In this document: one piece after another, positions 1 through 11,586 of the stretch
Layout of the letters: every line of letters starts with the position of its first letter
Position numbering within the stretch: position 1 is the first letter of the stretch
Origin: Azolla caroliniana
Taxonomy: Eukaryota > Plantae > Polypodiophyta
NCBI GenBank assembly: GCA_043228905.1
Contig: JBHGNT010000022.1
Span: 10,292,001 to 10,356,000, forward strand
DNA: 64,000 bases
Direction of reading: 5' to 3'
Notes under the pieces: generated by a model
The model's database searches: none
What the model saw: only the letters and a program-made list of their open reading frames with translations
Told to the model about the DNA's origin: nothing
Made by a program: the position numbers and the translations under genes

Positions 1-690
1 TTCCTATCTTCAAAACCTGGTGGTTGACACATATACACTTCTTCTTCCAAGTTACCATGTAAAAAGGCATTTTTTACATCCATATGATGAAGAACCCATC
101 TTCTGGCTGCACCTACAGCCAGTAATGTCCTCAATGTTGCCATCTTTGCAACCGGTGCAAATGTCTCATCATAATCAATTCCTTGCATTTGGGCATATCC
201 CTTTGCAACCAATCTTGCTTTATGTCTACTTACATTCCCACTGGAATCATGCTTTGTCTTGTAGACCCATTTGCAACCTACCACATTTTTTTCTTTTGGT
301 AACTTCACCAAATCCCATGTTCTGTTTTCAGCCAATGCATCAATCTCTTCTTGCATTGCATCCTCCCATTTCTTCTCAGTTTTAGCCTCATCAAAACTAC
401 TTGGATCAGGGATTTGTACCACCTTAGACATATATGCATAATGCATAGCCATATATGTATCATAACCAAATCTTTCAACAGTTTTTTTCCTCTATCTGAT
501 CTTCTCAGTTTCTGATTTGCATCCTTCAATGCTTTTTCCATACCAGGGATTTTCAATCCTCTTATACCAAGAAGATCATCCAATGACATATCTAAATCCT
601 CATCTTCCATGTTTTTAGACAAGTCATCCAACATTTCATACTCTGGCATTTTCTGTTTTCCTTTTTTATCATAACATTTTTTGTGTCCTC

Positions 691-1694
691 CACTTTTTCC
701 ACTCCAAGAATTCGAATCAGATTTACCATCTGAGCTTTTTGATGGTCCAGAACATTCTGTTGATGTTGGACTTTGCTGTCCAACCTTGATTCCATCTCTA
801 TGGCAGTCTTCTACATTCTTAGATTTGTCTCTGTCTTCAATCTCATTGTCTTCATCAGTCTCTGGATTCTGTTTTGAACTGTACCAGCTGGCTAACTCAT
901 CAAAGATTACATCCCTACTTGTCACAATCTTCTTTGTTACAAGGTTATAGCATCTATACCCTTTTTGTTCTTCTGAATAGCCAACAAAAATACATTTTTC
1001 TGCTTTTGGATCCAACTTACTTCTTACTTTGGCAGGCACATGTACATATGCAAGGCATCCAAACACTTTTAAGTGTTCTAAACTAGGTTTCCTTCCATAG
1101 AAACACTCTTCAGGCGTTGCTTGATGTACTCCTGATGTTATACATCTATTTAGAATATAATTTGTTGTATTTACAGCTTCTGCCCAATAGTACACTTTTT
1201 CCACTCCAAGAATTCGAATCAGATTTACCATCTGAGCTTTTTGATGGTCCAGAACATTCTGTTGATGTTGGACTTTGCTGTCCAACCTTGCTTCCATCTC
1301 TATGGCAGTCTTCTACATTCTTAGATTTGTCTCTGTCTTCAATCTCATTGTCTTCATCAGTCTCTGGATTCTGTTTTGAACTGTACCAGCTGGCTAACTC
1401 ATCAAAGATTACATCCCTACTTGCCACAATCTTCTTTGTTACATGGTTATAGCATCTATACCCTTTTTGTTCTTCTGAATAGCCAACAAAAATACATTTT
1501 TCTGCTTTTGGATCCAACTTACTTCTTACTTTGGCAGGCACATGTACATATGCAAGGCATCCAAACACTTTTAAGTGTTCTAAACTAGGTTTCCTTCCAT
1601 AGAAACACTCTTCAGGCGTTGCTTGATGTACTCCTGATGTTATACATCTATTTAGAATATAATTTGTTGTATTTACAGCTTCTGCCCAATAGTA
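691..1694. repeat. 502-bp tandem duplication inside the copia integrase/linker
   Basis: 691-1192 and 1193-1694 align at offset 502 with about 3 substitutions. Confidence 0.95.
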
Positions 1695-3811
1695 CAATGG
1701 CATATTCTTCTCTGTCATCAAAGCCCTTGCAATGTTCACCAATGTTCTGTTTTTCCTCTCAGCAACTCCATTTTGTTGTGGAGTATATCTACATGTGAAC
1801 TATCTTCTTATTCCCTAATTGCATAGAAAATCAGAAAATTCATTGGAGAAATACTCTCCTCCTCCATCAGATCTTAAACGTTTTATTCTTGTACCTGCCT
1901 GCTTCTCTACCATGCATTTAAACTTACGAAAATATTCAAACACTTCACTTTTCTCTTTCATGAAGTACACCCATGTTTTCCTTGAGCAATCATCAATAAA
2001 AGTTACATAGAATCTACAGCCACCGATAGATGCATTCTTAGTTGGTCCCCATACATCCGTATGTACCAAATCCAACAGATTTTTACTTACATGTCTTTCA
2101 TGAGGGAATGGCAACCTATTTTGCTTTCCATATTGACATGCTTCACATATCTTTCCCATTTCACAATTTTTCAGTTTTGGCAGTCCAGCCACTGCATCTT
2201 TTCTCAACATATTCTTTAGGGTTTTCATACTTATGTGGCCAATCCTTTTATGCCACATTTCCACATCTGAGACTACACTCATTCCATTTGCAAACATAGC
2301 TGAAATCTGTCTAGGCATGTCAACATCCAAAATAAACATTCTTCCTTGTCGTTTTCCTTTTGCAATGAGCTTCCCATTCTTTTCTATATAGCATCCACTT
2401 TGCTTAAACTTTATTTGCATACCTTGCTCTACTATTTGTCCAACAGAAATCAGATTCTTAGCAAGATTTGGAACATGCATTACATTCAACATATACTTAG
2501 TCTTTCCTTTTTCTTCCCACAATGGAATATCTCCAACTTGTTCTATTTGGTGAGTACTATTATCACCCGTTTATACATAGCCAGGAATCTCTGGTTCTCT
2601 TAACCTTTCAAACCAGTTTGCATGTCCAGTCATATGGTTAGATGCCCCCGAGTCTACATACCATGTAAACTCTTCATTACATTTCTGTGAGCTTTCAGCC
2701 ACTGCTGCTATCTCATATTGTACCACAAATGCACCATCTTTTTCACAATCTTCACTAGTTTGGGCATAGTTATTCTGCTGTCTCTTTCCTCTTTTCTCAT
2801 CATTTTGCTTCTTGTAACATTTAGCTTGTGTGTGGCCTAGTTTTCCACAATACCAACAACCATCATCATTTACATATGTTTGCTTACCTCTACCTTGGTT
2901 GCTCCCCCTGCCTCTGTTGTTGTTTCTTCCTCTAATGGTTTGTTGTCCTCTTCCTTGATAACCATTATTGTTGGTTCTTGCTGAGCCAAATCTTCCATGG
3001 CCTCTTCCTCGGCCTCTTCCGGCACTATTATATAGGGCTTGCCCCTCATTCTCAAGATTTCCTTTATTTACATCATCCATCTGGTTCCTTTCTTCTACTA
3101 CAAGCATTTAAACCAAATCTGGAAAACTTGGGATACTATCCCTTGTAAGCATAGAGGTTTTAAAGCTTTTGTATTTAGGTCCCAAGCCTCTCAAGCATAT
3201 TTCTACCTTATCATCATCTTCTATCTTTACATTGATAGAAGCAAGTGATTCACATATGCTCTTTATTTTCAAGGCATACTCATTTATTGACATCTTACCT
3301 TTTTCTAAGGTATTTAGCTCAGTCTTCAACTATAGCTTTCTAGCTTTTGTGTTTACTGCAAACAGTTTTACCAAACTGTCCCAAGCTTCTTTTGGGAGCA
3401 TAGCCTCTTGTATGTGCCCAAGCATTGAATCTGAGATGCTAAGTGAGAGCCAATGCATTACCTTCCTTGCCCCTTGATTCCAATCTTTGAATGCTTTAAT
3501 CTGTGTTGTTGTGGCATTTTCTTATGGGATCTCGGGAGCCTCTTCTAGGTCTCCTTCAATGTAATCCCAGTATCCTTTCCCCATTAGGAAATTTGTCATT
3601 CTAAATTTCCACGCTGGGAATTTTTTTTTGTCTAGTTTCTCTGTAACTATTTGGCCCGCATTCTTTGCAGCCATTATCTCTTGCAAACTAGGGTTTCTGC
3701 TACGATTACTTCAACAAGTAACTTTCTGATTCAGATCAGCAAACAAAGAAATACCTTTCTCAGATCTATGCACTTCTGTACCTTCTTTATGAGCAACTCA
3801 CTTTGATACCA

Positions 3812-4298
3812 AGTAAGAAAACGTGAAGAAGGCACTCGGGCTCTTCTTATGTGCGCGGCGGATCGTGGTGTGCTGGATCGTTTAGTGCTCAAACACAGAA
3901 GGGAAGGGGGAAGGAGACTTACCTCTGTAGCAGCCAAAACTTCTTCTATTTCATTACCTGCAGAGCTGTACTTGCTCTCGTCTGTTTCTCTCTTTTGCTC
4001 TCACTCTTTGAGTTCATTCTCTCTTTCCTCACTCTCTCTCTCTCAGAGTTCTACTTCCTGTATATTTTTCTTACTTACCTATTCTCTTACTTTTTACCTA
4101 AGTAATAAGTTACTTACGTATGCAACTAAATAGCTGCCTGTAGCTAATTAGCTGTCAGTCGCTAAATAGTTGTCAGTAGCTAATTAGCTGTCACTAGCTA
4201 ATTAGTTGTTTCTCCTTTATGTTCACAAGTAGCTAAATAGCTACTATAGCTTATTTCCTAATAAGCATCACATACCATGTTGAGCTTGCTTCTCAACA
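3812..4298 (-). repeat. 5' LTR of the copia element, containing ~20-bp TAGCTAATTAGCTGTCAG-like tandem repeats (4130-4250)
   Basis: Begins TGTTGAGA on the minus strand at 4298 and abuts the PBS. It interrupts the neighbouring gypsy pol after TRLQA. Confidence 0.85.
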
Positions 4299-6952
4299 GC
4301 TTGTAGTCGTGTCGGTCCCAAGATGACTTGTTTTTGGTTATCGAAAGCTGGCTCGCCGGGACGGGGTGCTAGATATGAACGTCGTGATAATGCATCTGCC
4401 TTCCCTTGGTGCTTCCCCGGACGATATGTAATTTTGAAGTCGAAACGCGTGAGGAAGTGGGCCCACCAAGCTTGACATCGATTCAACACACCAGCATCCT
4501 GAAAGTAGGCAAGGTTCTTGTGGTCACTAAATACAGTGACCGGATGAGAGGATCCCTCTAGAAAATGCCTCCATTGCATAAAAGAATCCACTATTGCCAA
4601 TAGCTCCTTATCATGAATTTCGTAGTTGATTTCGGCGGCGTCAAACTTGCGTGAGTGAAAAGCCACAGGATGTAGCTTCTCATCATTCCCCTGTTGTGAC
4701 AGAATGTTCCCCAATGCAAAGTCCGATGCGTCAGCTTCGATAATGAATGGTTTTTCCGGATCGACATGAGCTAGAATTCGAGCCGATGTAACTGCCTTTT
4801 TAAGACTCTCGAAAGCCATGTCCGTTTCTTCAGACCAGATGAACGGTTCTCCCTTTCTGGTAAGTTGTGTGAGAGGTAGAATGATCTTTGAGTAATCTTG
4901 TATGAACTTCCGGTAAAAATTGGCAAAGCCTAGGAAGCATTGCACATCTCACACCGAACGCGGAGTCTGCCATTCTACCACCGTTTTGACCTTAGCTGGG
5001 TCCATGGAGATGCCTTCTGAAGAAATGATGTACCCGAGAAATTCCACTTGGTTGCACCCGAAACTACATTTTTCCAGCTTTGCATACAGACCATGTTCTC
5101 GAAGTCGTTTTAGTACTAATAGTACATGAGAATCATGTTCTTCTTGGGTCTTTGAATAAACCAGTAGATCATCCAAAGAGATGATCAAACAATCATCCAA
5201 TAGATCTTGGAATATATCATTAGACATGTGTTGAAAGACTGTCGGCGCATTAGTGAGGCCGAACGGCATGACCGTATACTCGAAGTGCCCATATCTGGTG
5301 CGAAACACGGTCTTCCATTCGTCTCCTGGTCGGATCCGTACGAGGTTATATGCTCCCCGTAAGTCGATCTTCGTGAAGAACCTGGCACCATTGATCCATT
5401 CTAAAAGACTTGAGATAAGGGGAAGACCATACCTATTCCTGATTGTAACCTTATTCAGGCCACGGTAATCTACAACGAGACGAAGTGATCCATCGTTTTT
5501 CTTGACGAAGAAAATGGGCGCGCCAGCTAGAGATTTCAAATGCCGAATGAAACCATTTTCCAAATTCTCCTCTATATAGGCCCGAAGGACTTCCAGCTCG
5601 GTTGGTGACAAATTGTAGATCGGTCCCCATGGCGGCTCTTTTCCTGGTTGTAAATCGATGGGGCAATCGTACGGTCGATGATGAGGAAGTGTGTTGGCTT
5701 GTACTTTATCGAACACATCGATGTAATGACGATACTTCTCGGGAAGTTGAACAGTGGATTCTTCTTTAGTGGTGCTGGAAGGGTTTACTGATATTGCAAA
5801 GAGGAACATTTAGATATCCCTACTGAAATAGGCTCGGGTTTAGTACAATTAGAACTAGCAACTATTTGGTTTACATGTCTTCTTGGCCTATAGGGGCAAT
5901 TTATTGCAATATGTCCTGGTCCACCGCAGTAAAGACATAGTCGATTTGTACGGCGCCGCTGCTTTTCTTCTTCGGATAATGGCCCTCGACGACGTGTAGT
6001 GTCAATCTCCATCGGAGTCGGAGTATTCACTGGAGGCACATTATATGACTCCCTCGAAAAAGTTCTTGATACCACTGAGGCGTAGGTGGGCTCTGATCTT
6101 GCCCTCGGCATTTGTAGCTGTCGTTCCGAACGTCACTCAAAGAGGTGGTTGTCACATCTCACCGCGCGACTGATTGCTTCTGTTAAGGACTTTGGCTCTT
6201 CGGGGAAGGTCAAGAGTAAATCCTTGACGTTGTTGCGTAAACCATAACGGAATTGCTCCATCAACGCTTGATCATCCCAAGGGATATCGGCGGCGAGTAG
6301 GCGAAAATCTGCAGCGTATGCAGAGGCTGGACGGTCACCTTGGCGTAATCGGCGAATTTTGTTGATTGCAGTCCTGATGTTGTCAGTATCTCCGAAACAT
6401 GCTTTAAACTCACCTAGAAACTCTTCAAAATTGTTGAGTAACGGAGATTCCTTTTCTAATAGTGGAGCGAACTATGCCAACGCTGAGCCACTTAACAAAG
6501 TGCCTATTAAACCCACTCGTGATGCATCGGTGGGATATCGGGAAGGATGCATTTGAATAACTAATCGTACCTGGTTAAGGAACCCTCTAAACTGCGATCG
6601 CGTTCCATCGAACTTCGTGGGAAGGCCAATCTTGAGTTCTTTAAGAATCCCTTGTGTTCCAGGCCCTTGTTGTTGCATCGCAACGATGGTGGCTTCGAGT
6701 TGTTGCACACGTAACGCAAGTTCCCCATGTTGTTGTTGCATTTGCTGCTTTTCTAAGGAGATTTGTTGAAGATCCCCCAGCAACTGTTGGTTTTCTTGTT
6801 CCAAAGCATGGAACTTCTCTTTCAAGCATTGAAATTCCGAGAAAACAGATTGATATTCTTCAGCGCTAATAGTGGCCATGGGATAAAAGAAAAGAGGAAT
6901 AAGAGATTAGTAGGAAATGAGAGAGACAGAAGGTAAGAAAATCGGTTCAAAC
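4299..6952 (-). mobile_element. Ty3/gypsy chromovirus-type (Tcn1/Tf1-like) internal region: gag, RT, RNase H; decayed, protease not visible
   Basis: Gag from 6879 with [16 protein letters not shown] motifs KIDLRGAYNL, MPFGL, (S)LDDLLVYS. RNase H motifs EADASDFALG and DHKNL. Confidence 0.92.
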
Positions 6953-7370
6953 TGTCAGGAACAGTACTAAGACAAAGCAGGAATTAGTACTAAAAGAAGT
7001 ATTAATACTAAGAGAGGTGAAGAACTCTCGAGAGAAGGAAAGAGTGAGTGAGAGGGAGGGAGAGAGAGAGAGAGTGATGATAAGAAAAGATATATATTAT
7101 GTGAAGAAAATGTACAGTACCTAGGAGGCTTAAGACTTGCATTGAACCAATTTGGTTCGAAATAATGCCTTGTGCCTCCTTTTATAGTGTTCTAAGGAAT
7201 ACTCCTCAAGTTTGTAGAATGTTCCAGAGAAATCTGGAATATACATCAATTTTCTATAATAAAACACAAATGAAAATAATATTCTACGTATTACAATGTA
7301 TAGTCTAATGGTCAAGAGCTCGACCCATGTAGCAGAATGTCATGGGTTCGAGTCTTGCAATATCATGACA
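6953..7370 (-). repeat. Chromovirus LTR (418 bp)
   Basis: TGTCA...TGACA termini. TATAAAA on the minus strand at 7186-7180. PPT (AAAGGGAGGATAG, minus) directly adjacent at 7371-7383. Gag follows on the other side. Confidence 0.88.
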
Positions 7371-7990
7371 CTATCCTCCCTTTAAAACGACGAGTGTAAC
7401 GATTCTTTTTGGATTGAGGACTCGGTTTGTCTGGATATTGACGATGGAAGTCTTCAAGAAGAGCACGAGCATTGGTGACATTCTCTATCGGTTCCCAAGT
7501 ACGCTCCCCTGGGACTATATCCTAGCCAATCGACTAGATAGTAGAGCTTGTTGCGAACAAGCTTGGAATCAAGGATGGCAGTAACCTCGTACTCAGGTCC
7601 ATCTTCAAGCTCGATCGGGGGTGGAGGGTGTGTAATACGTCCTGGGATGGTGCTCTCTTGATAAGGTTCGAGGAGAGAACTATGAAACACCAGATGTATC
7701 CGAAGTTGTGGAGGTAGATCAAGACGAAAAGTGACATCATTAATCTTTCCTATAATACGGAAAGGACCTAATCGCCAATAATCCAACTTCTCGCATCGGT
7801 GAGTGGTCTTGATGTGTCGTCGGAGTAGCCATACCCGATCTCCAATGTTAAAACTAGATGGGAGTCGATGACAATCCGCATAAACCTTGTGTGTTTGTTG
7901 AGCTTGTTGGAGGTGAGTAGATACATCCGCTTGTATCTTGCGTAACCTCTCCAAATGATCTTCTGCGAAAGGATTTGTGGACACCTCTGG
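7371..7990 (-). mobile_element. Chromovirus integrase C-terminus with chromodomain, plus PPT
   Basis: GPF motif (KLDYWRLGPFRII) and chromodomain EYEVTAILDSKLVRNKLYYLVDWLGY. Confidence 0.92.
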
Positions 7991-7992
7991 GA

Positions 7993-8668
7993 TTCGTGCT
8001 GACGAAGATCCACACGAAGGAGAACGGGTCGGATACATTGACCAAGGTGTTGACAACCGACAAGCTAAACGTGTGCCGAAAGCGGATCGGGCTGGCGAGA
8101 CATCCCATGCCGGAGTGAAGGGGGAGATTATTGGCAAACCCGGTCCCGCTGGATGGGATCCGATTATGAATGAAGAGGACCCGGTGAGAACCGGATGAGA
8201 AGACATATTTGTAAATATGTTTAAGTAAGCCTATTGAGGCTATATTTGTAAATAGCCCTAAGTTTATATAAGTATAAATATGACTTAGGGCAATCACTTT
8301 AGACGTTATTGTATTCATATTGTAGTATATGTATAACAGTGGCAGAGAGAGAGAGGGAGAGAGAGAGAGAGGGAGAAAGCAAGATACAGAACGGTTTCTG
8401 TTGTAACCGTTGTTTGGCGAAGAAACAGAGCTCGAGGTCGTTGCCTCCAAGTCTCTGATTGTACATTTCTCATATAGTGATAGTTCGGAGCCAGTGGGCT
8501 CCCGTGGTTTTTCCCTATTAGGATTTTCCATGTAAACATCTTGTGTCCTCTCTATCGACTCGTGTGTGTACGTGCCTTCACTACCTACTTCCCATTTATG
8601 TGTTTGATTCTCATTGAAGTGTTCAAGACTCGGTTGTCGCTGAGCTATATTCCGCGCTATTCTCTACA
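7993..8668 (+). mobile_element. Copia 3' end: pol tail, PPT and 3' LTR (8129-8668); related to the 54166 element
   Basis: FVLTKIHTKENGSDTLTKVL...RHPMPE* aligns with 58820-58949. PPT GAAGGGGGAG. The LTR core matches the LTRs at 14759 and 54166. Confidence 0.9.
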
Positions 8669-9875
8669 TCTTCTTCCTCTGGCTTTGAGTCGTATTCCTC
8701 CTCGGTCATGTACTTGGAATGTTCGGAAGGTGACTTGTTGTTGTGGGGCTGTTGTCGGTGCTCTCGCTCGTAGGCATCCAATTGCATTGTCGTGTCGATT
8801 TCATGGGCGTCCTATTCCTCCATCAATCAAACGATCTCCTCTTTATGGCTTGGAGCAATCTCGTACATATCGCATGCTAGGTCCTCTTGGATGGTAGTAA
8901 TGGCCGCGTTGTCCATTTTGGAGAAACTTGTGCCCTTCTTCTTCTGGTTTTCTCTGTCAGCTCAGAGCAGTTATAATTCGTTTGTTTGTTCCGACCATGT
9001 CTGCCAACCTTTGTCTAGTGCATCGACGATCATCTTTTGTGTTCGGCGTTTGTATGCCCTCAGGATGAGGCACACCTTCTCCTCGCCCATGCTAACATGG
9101 TGTTGCATTGTGGCTAATTCTTGTCGCATTTATGCCAGACGAGCTTCTGTCGACCCTTGGTCAAACATTAGCTTTGCCTCTACCACCAGTACTGCCAATC
9201 TTTTCTCCTCATACTGGGCCTCCAACTCGCTGTATTTTTTAACTAGGTCATTCTTTTCCATGTTGAGTTGTTCCTTTTGCGGCTCATATGCCGTATCCGT
9301 CTTTGTCTTTTTGAACATGAACTTTGACATCTAGTCGGCATGAACATATTGCTCGAGCTCTTCGACCTTCTCTTGCTCCTCTTGTGTCTCCTTCGTTTGC
9401 TATTCTACCTGTTGCTTCAATTGTTGTATGGTGTTGTCTTTGGCATCAAGAAATGCCTCTCTAGAAGATCTTCCATCTTTTTAACTTTTGCGTCAGCTTC
9501 TTCTGCACGTTTATTAGCTTGTTTGACCTCTTTCTTTGAAGCCCGCAGTTGACCATATTCCTGTATGTGGTCAGCGGCTTCCTTCATTTTTTTTTCGTCT
9601 GTCACAGTCGATCCAACAGTTCTTCCTTGTCCTTTTACAATGTAGAACATTGTGTATGGAGCCGGTCGGCTGCTGTTGTCGCTCTTCTACATGCCTCTGC
9701 CATGTCCTTCGACCAATGTCGTATGAAGAGGCGGCATTTGAATCGCCTGACCCTTATTTCTTGCATCTTGTTGTCAGCCGATTCATTGCAGCTCTTGTTG
9801 TTTGTCCCGTTCAATTATTACTAACATAGCCTTCTGGATCATCTCTTGATCCTTGTGTTCCTAGGCCAGCATGTT
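8669..9875 (-). pseudogene. Decayed long coiled-coil ORF of unknown origin, probably TE-borne
   Basis: ORF fragments 9417-9650 and 9130-9330 join into an E/K/Q-rich reading frame broken by stops and frameshifts. Confidence 0.5.
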
Positions 9876-9879
9876 GGAA

Positions 9880-11000
9880 GCGTGTTGCTGCAGCTGGCCA
9901 AGAACCCCATGTTCCATGCTTGGACAAAGCACATAGAAGTGCACGAATACTTTGTGCGCGAGTGGGTCTTGAGCGGTGAAGTCGAACTACGATATGTTCA
10001 AACAGATCGGCAGGTTGGAGACATCTTCACCAAGGCCCTTGGAACCAACAAGTTGCAACATTTTCCGGGGATTCTTGGTCTTCAGCATCTCGACATGCCA
10101 CACTTAGGGGGAGAATCGGTACTGATACGGGGAGAACTAGAACTGGAATGGAAACCAGGAAAATAGGCAAAGGCACCGGACAAGCAGTTGGAGAGAAGGA
10201 AACAACCGAAGCAGGGGGAGACAAGAAGAAAAAGGAAGCCGAGTCGACTGAAGAAGTCCGCACATCCTAACAAATCAGAACAAGCGGCGACGGGGGTAGA
10301 GTCAAGAAGGACAGAGTCGACTAGAGGAAGATGTCCAAGACCCGGATGTGGTCTGACGTGGTGAACGACCTGAAGATAGAGGATGAATTGGAGACAGCTA
10401 TTTCGAACAAGAGCTGGAACGAATCGGATGCACCTGATTCGGAAGACGTGTTTGATTCGAAGGAACTGGATCAACTGAAGGCCAAACTAACGAGGAGACA
10501 GCGGAAGTTGACACTGACATGGAGGGGCCGACGGGTTGAGAAGCGCCAAAGTTGCAACAACGAAAGAGCTGAGGAGGGCCTTATGAGCTGGCAAAACCGA
10601 CCGAGAAGCTCAAGGTGCGTGAAACCGGATGGGTCGTGGGAAGCGGAACCGGATGGGTCAAGGAGCGCGAGCAAGGCGGGAACCCCCCAGGAGGAGTGAG
10701 AGGAAAGCACCGATAGACACACACAACGATCTGACCTCAAGATTGAACTTGAGGGGGAGTGTTGAGTGGATAAGTTCAATCGGATTCGGGTCGGCTTAAT
10801 AAGCCAGAGCCGGATCGGTATCCAGAACGGAGAACTGGATAGGTGTCTGGATATATCAGTATCCGGAACCTAGAGTGGGAACGAAGAACCGGATTGTACT
10901 CTAGATTAGTGAAAACCGGTAGGCCGTTGGAGCCTATGGTTCAAGCCTAGTATGTAGGCATATTCCTTGGAGCTGAAACAAGAAGCGAGACTCCACTTCG
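9880..11000 (+). mobile_element. Copia RNase H end, charged extension, PPT and start of LTR (~10760)
   Basis: LAKNPMFHAWTKHIEVH...DIFTKAL. TTGAGGGGGAG is followed by TGTTGAG at ~10749-10766. Confidence 0.8.
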
Positions 11001-11039
11001 ACTAGTCAACAACTTACGAATTACGCATCGAATTCCGAT

Positions 11040-11586
11040 TACAAAGATCATAGCGGAATGTTCATGATGGGCACAAAGTGCACTCAATGGCGACAGAAGG
11101 TGAAACAAGCACCACACCCTCAGATAATGTATGGTTCATTGACTCGGGAGCATCCAATCATACGACCTCTCATGAAGATTGGTTCTGAGAATTATGAAAG
11201 CCCAAACAGCCCAGATATGTCGAAACAAGCGATGACACGACTCATTCAATACAGCATATCGGGAACGTCCCATTCGGAAACGACAGCAAACAAACCTACC
11301 TCAAAAAATTCCTACATGTCCCAACCATCACGAAAAACCTGGTCTTAGTCATACTGATTGTCGAACAAGGCATGCAAGTACGATTCAACATTGACGGATG
11401 CTTCATTGGAAAAGATCATCGAATCGTAGCTCACGACCGTCGAGAAGGCCGAATGTTTATCCTCGAGTTGAGCAAGGTGAAGTCCACTATGTTTGCTAAT
11501 GGCATAAAAGTCGAAACTTACTTGAAACTGTGGCACAAGCGAATTGGCCACATCAACCTCTAGAAGCTCGAAAATATGCAATCAAA
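11040..11586 (+). mobile_element. Copia protease/GAG-pre-integrase fragment
   Basis: WFIDSGASNH and LWHKRIGHIN. Confidence 0.85.

Larger units (their letters stand above)
1..4298 (-). mobile_element. Ty1/copia LTR retrotransposon, decayed; 3' part runs off the window
   Basis: Minus-strand gag (CCHC knuckle CWYCGKLGHTQAKC), protease WYVDSGASNH, GAG-pre WHKRIGH, integrase (VHTDVWG, RSDGGGEY) and the start of RT. Several stops. PBS TGGTATCAAAG at 3801-3811. Confidence 0.95.

Noticed and set aside
5785-6879. Domesticated PEG10-like gag gene
   Set aside because: It has in-frame stops and sits in a normal LTR-gag-RT context.
7294-7366. Functional tRNA gene
   Set aside because: The acceptor and anticodon stems are badly mispaired. 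Kept only as a tRNA-like module.
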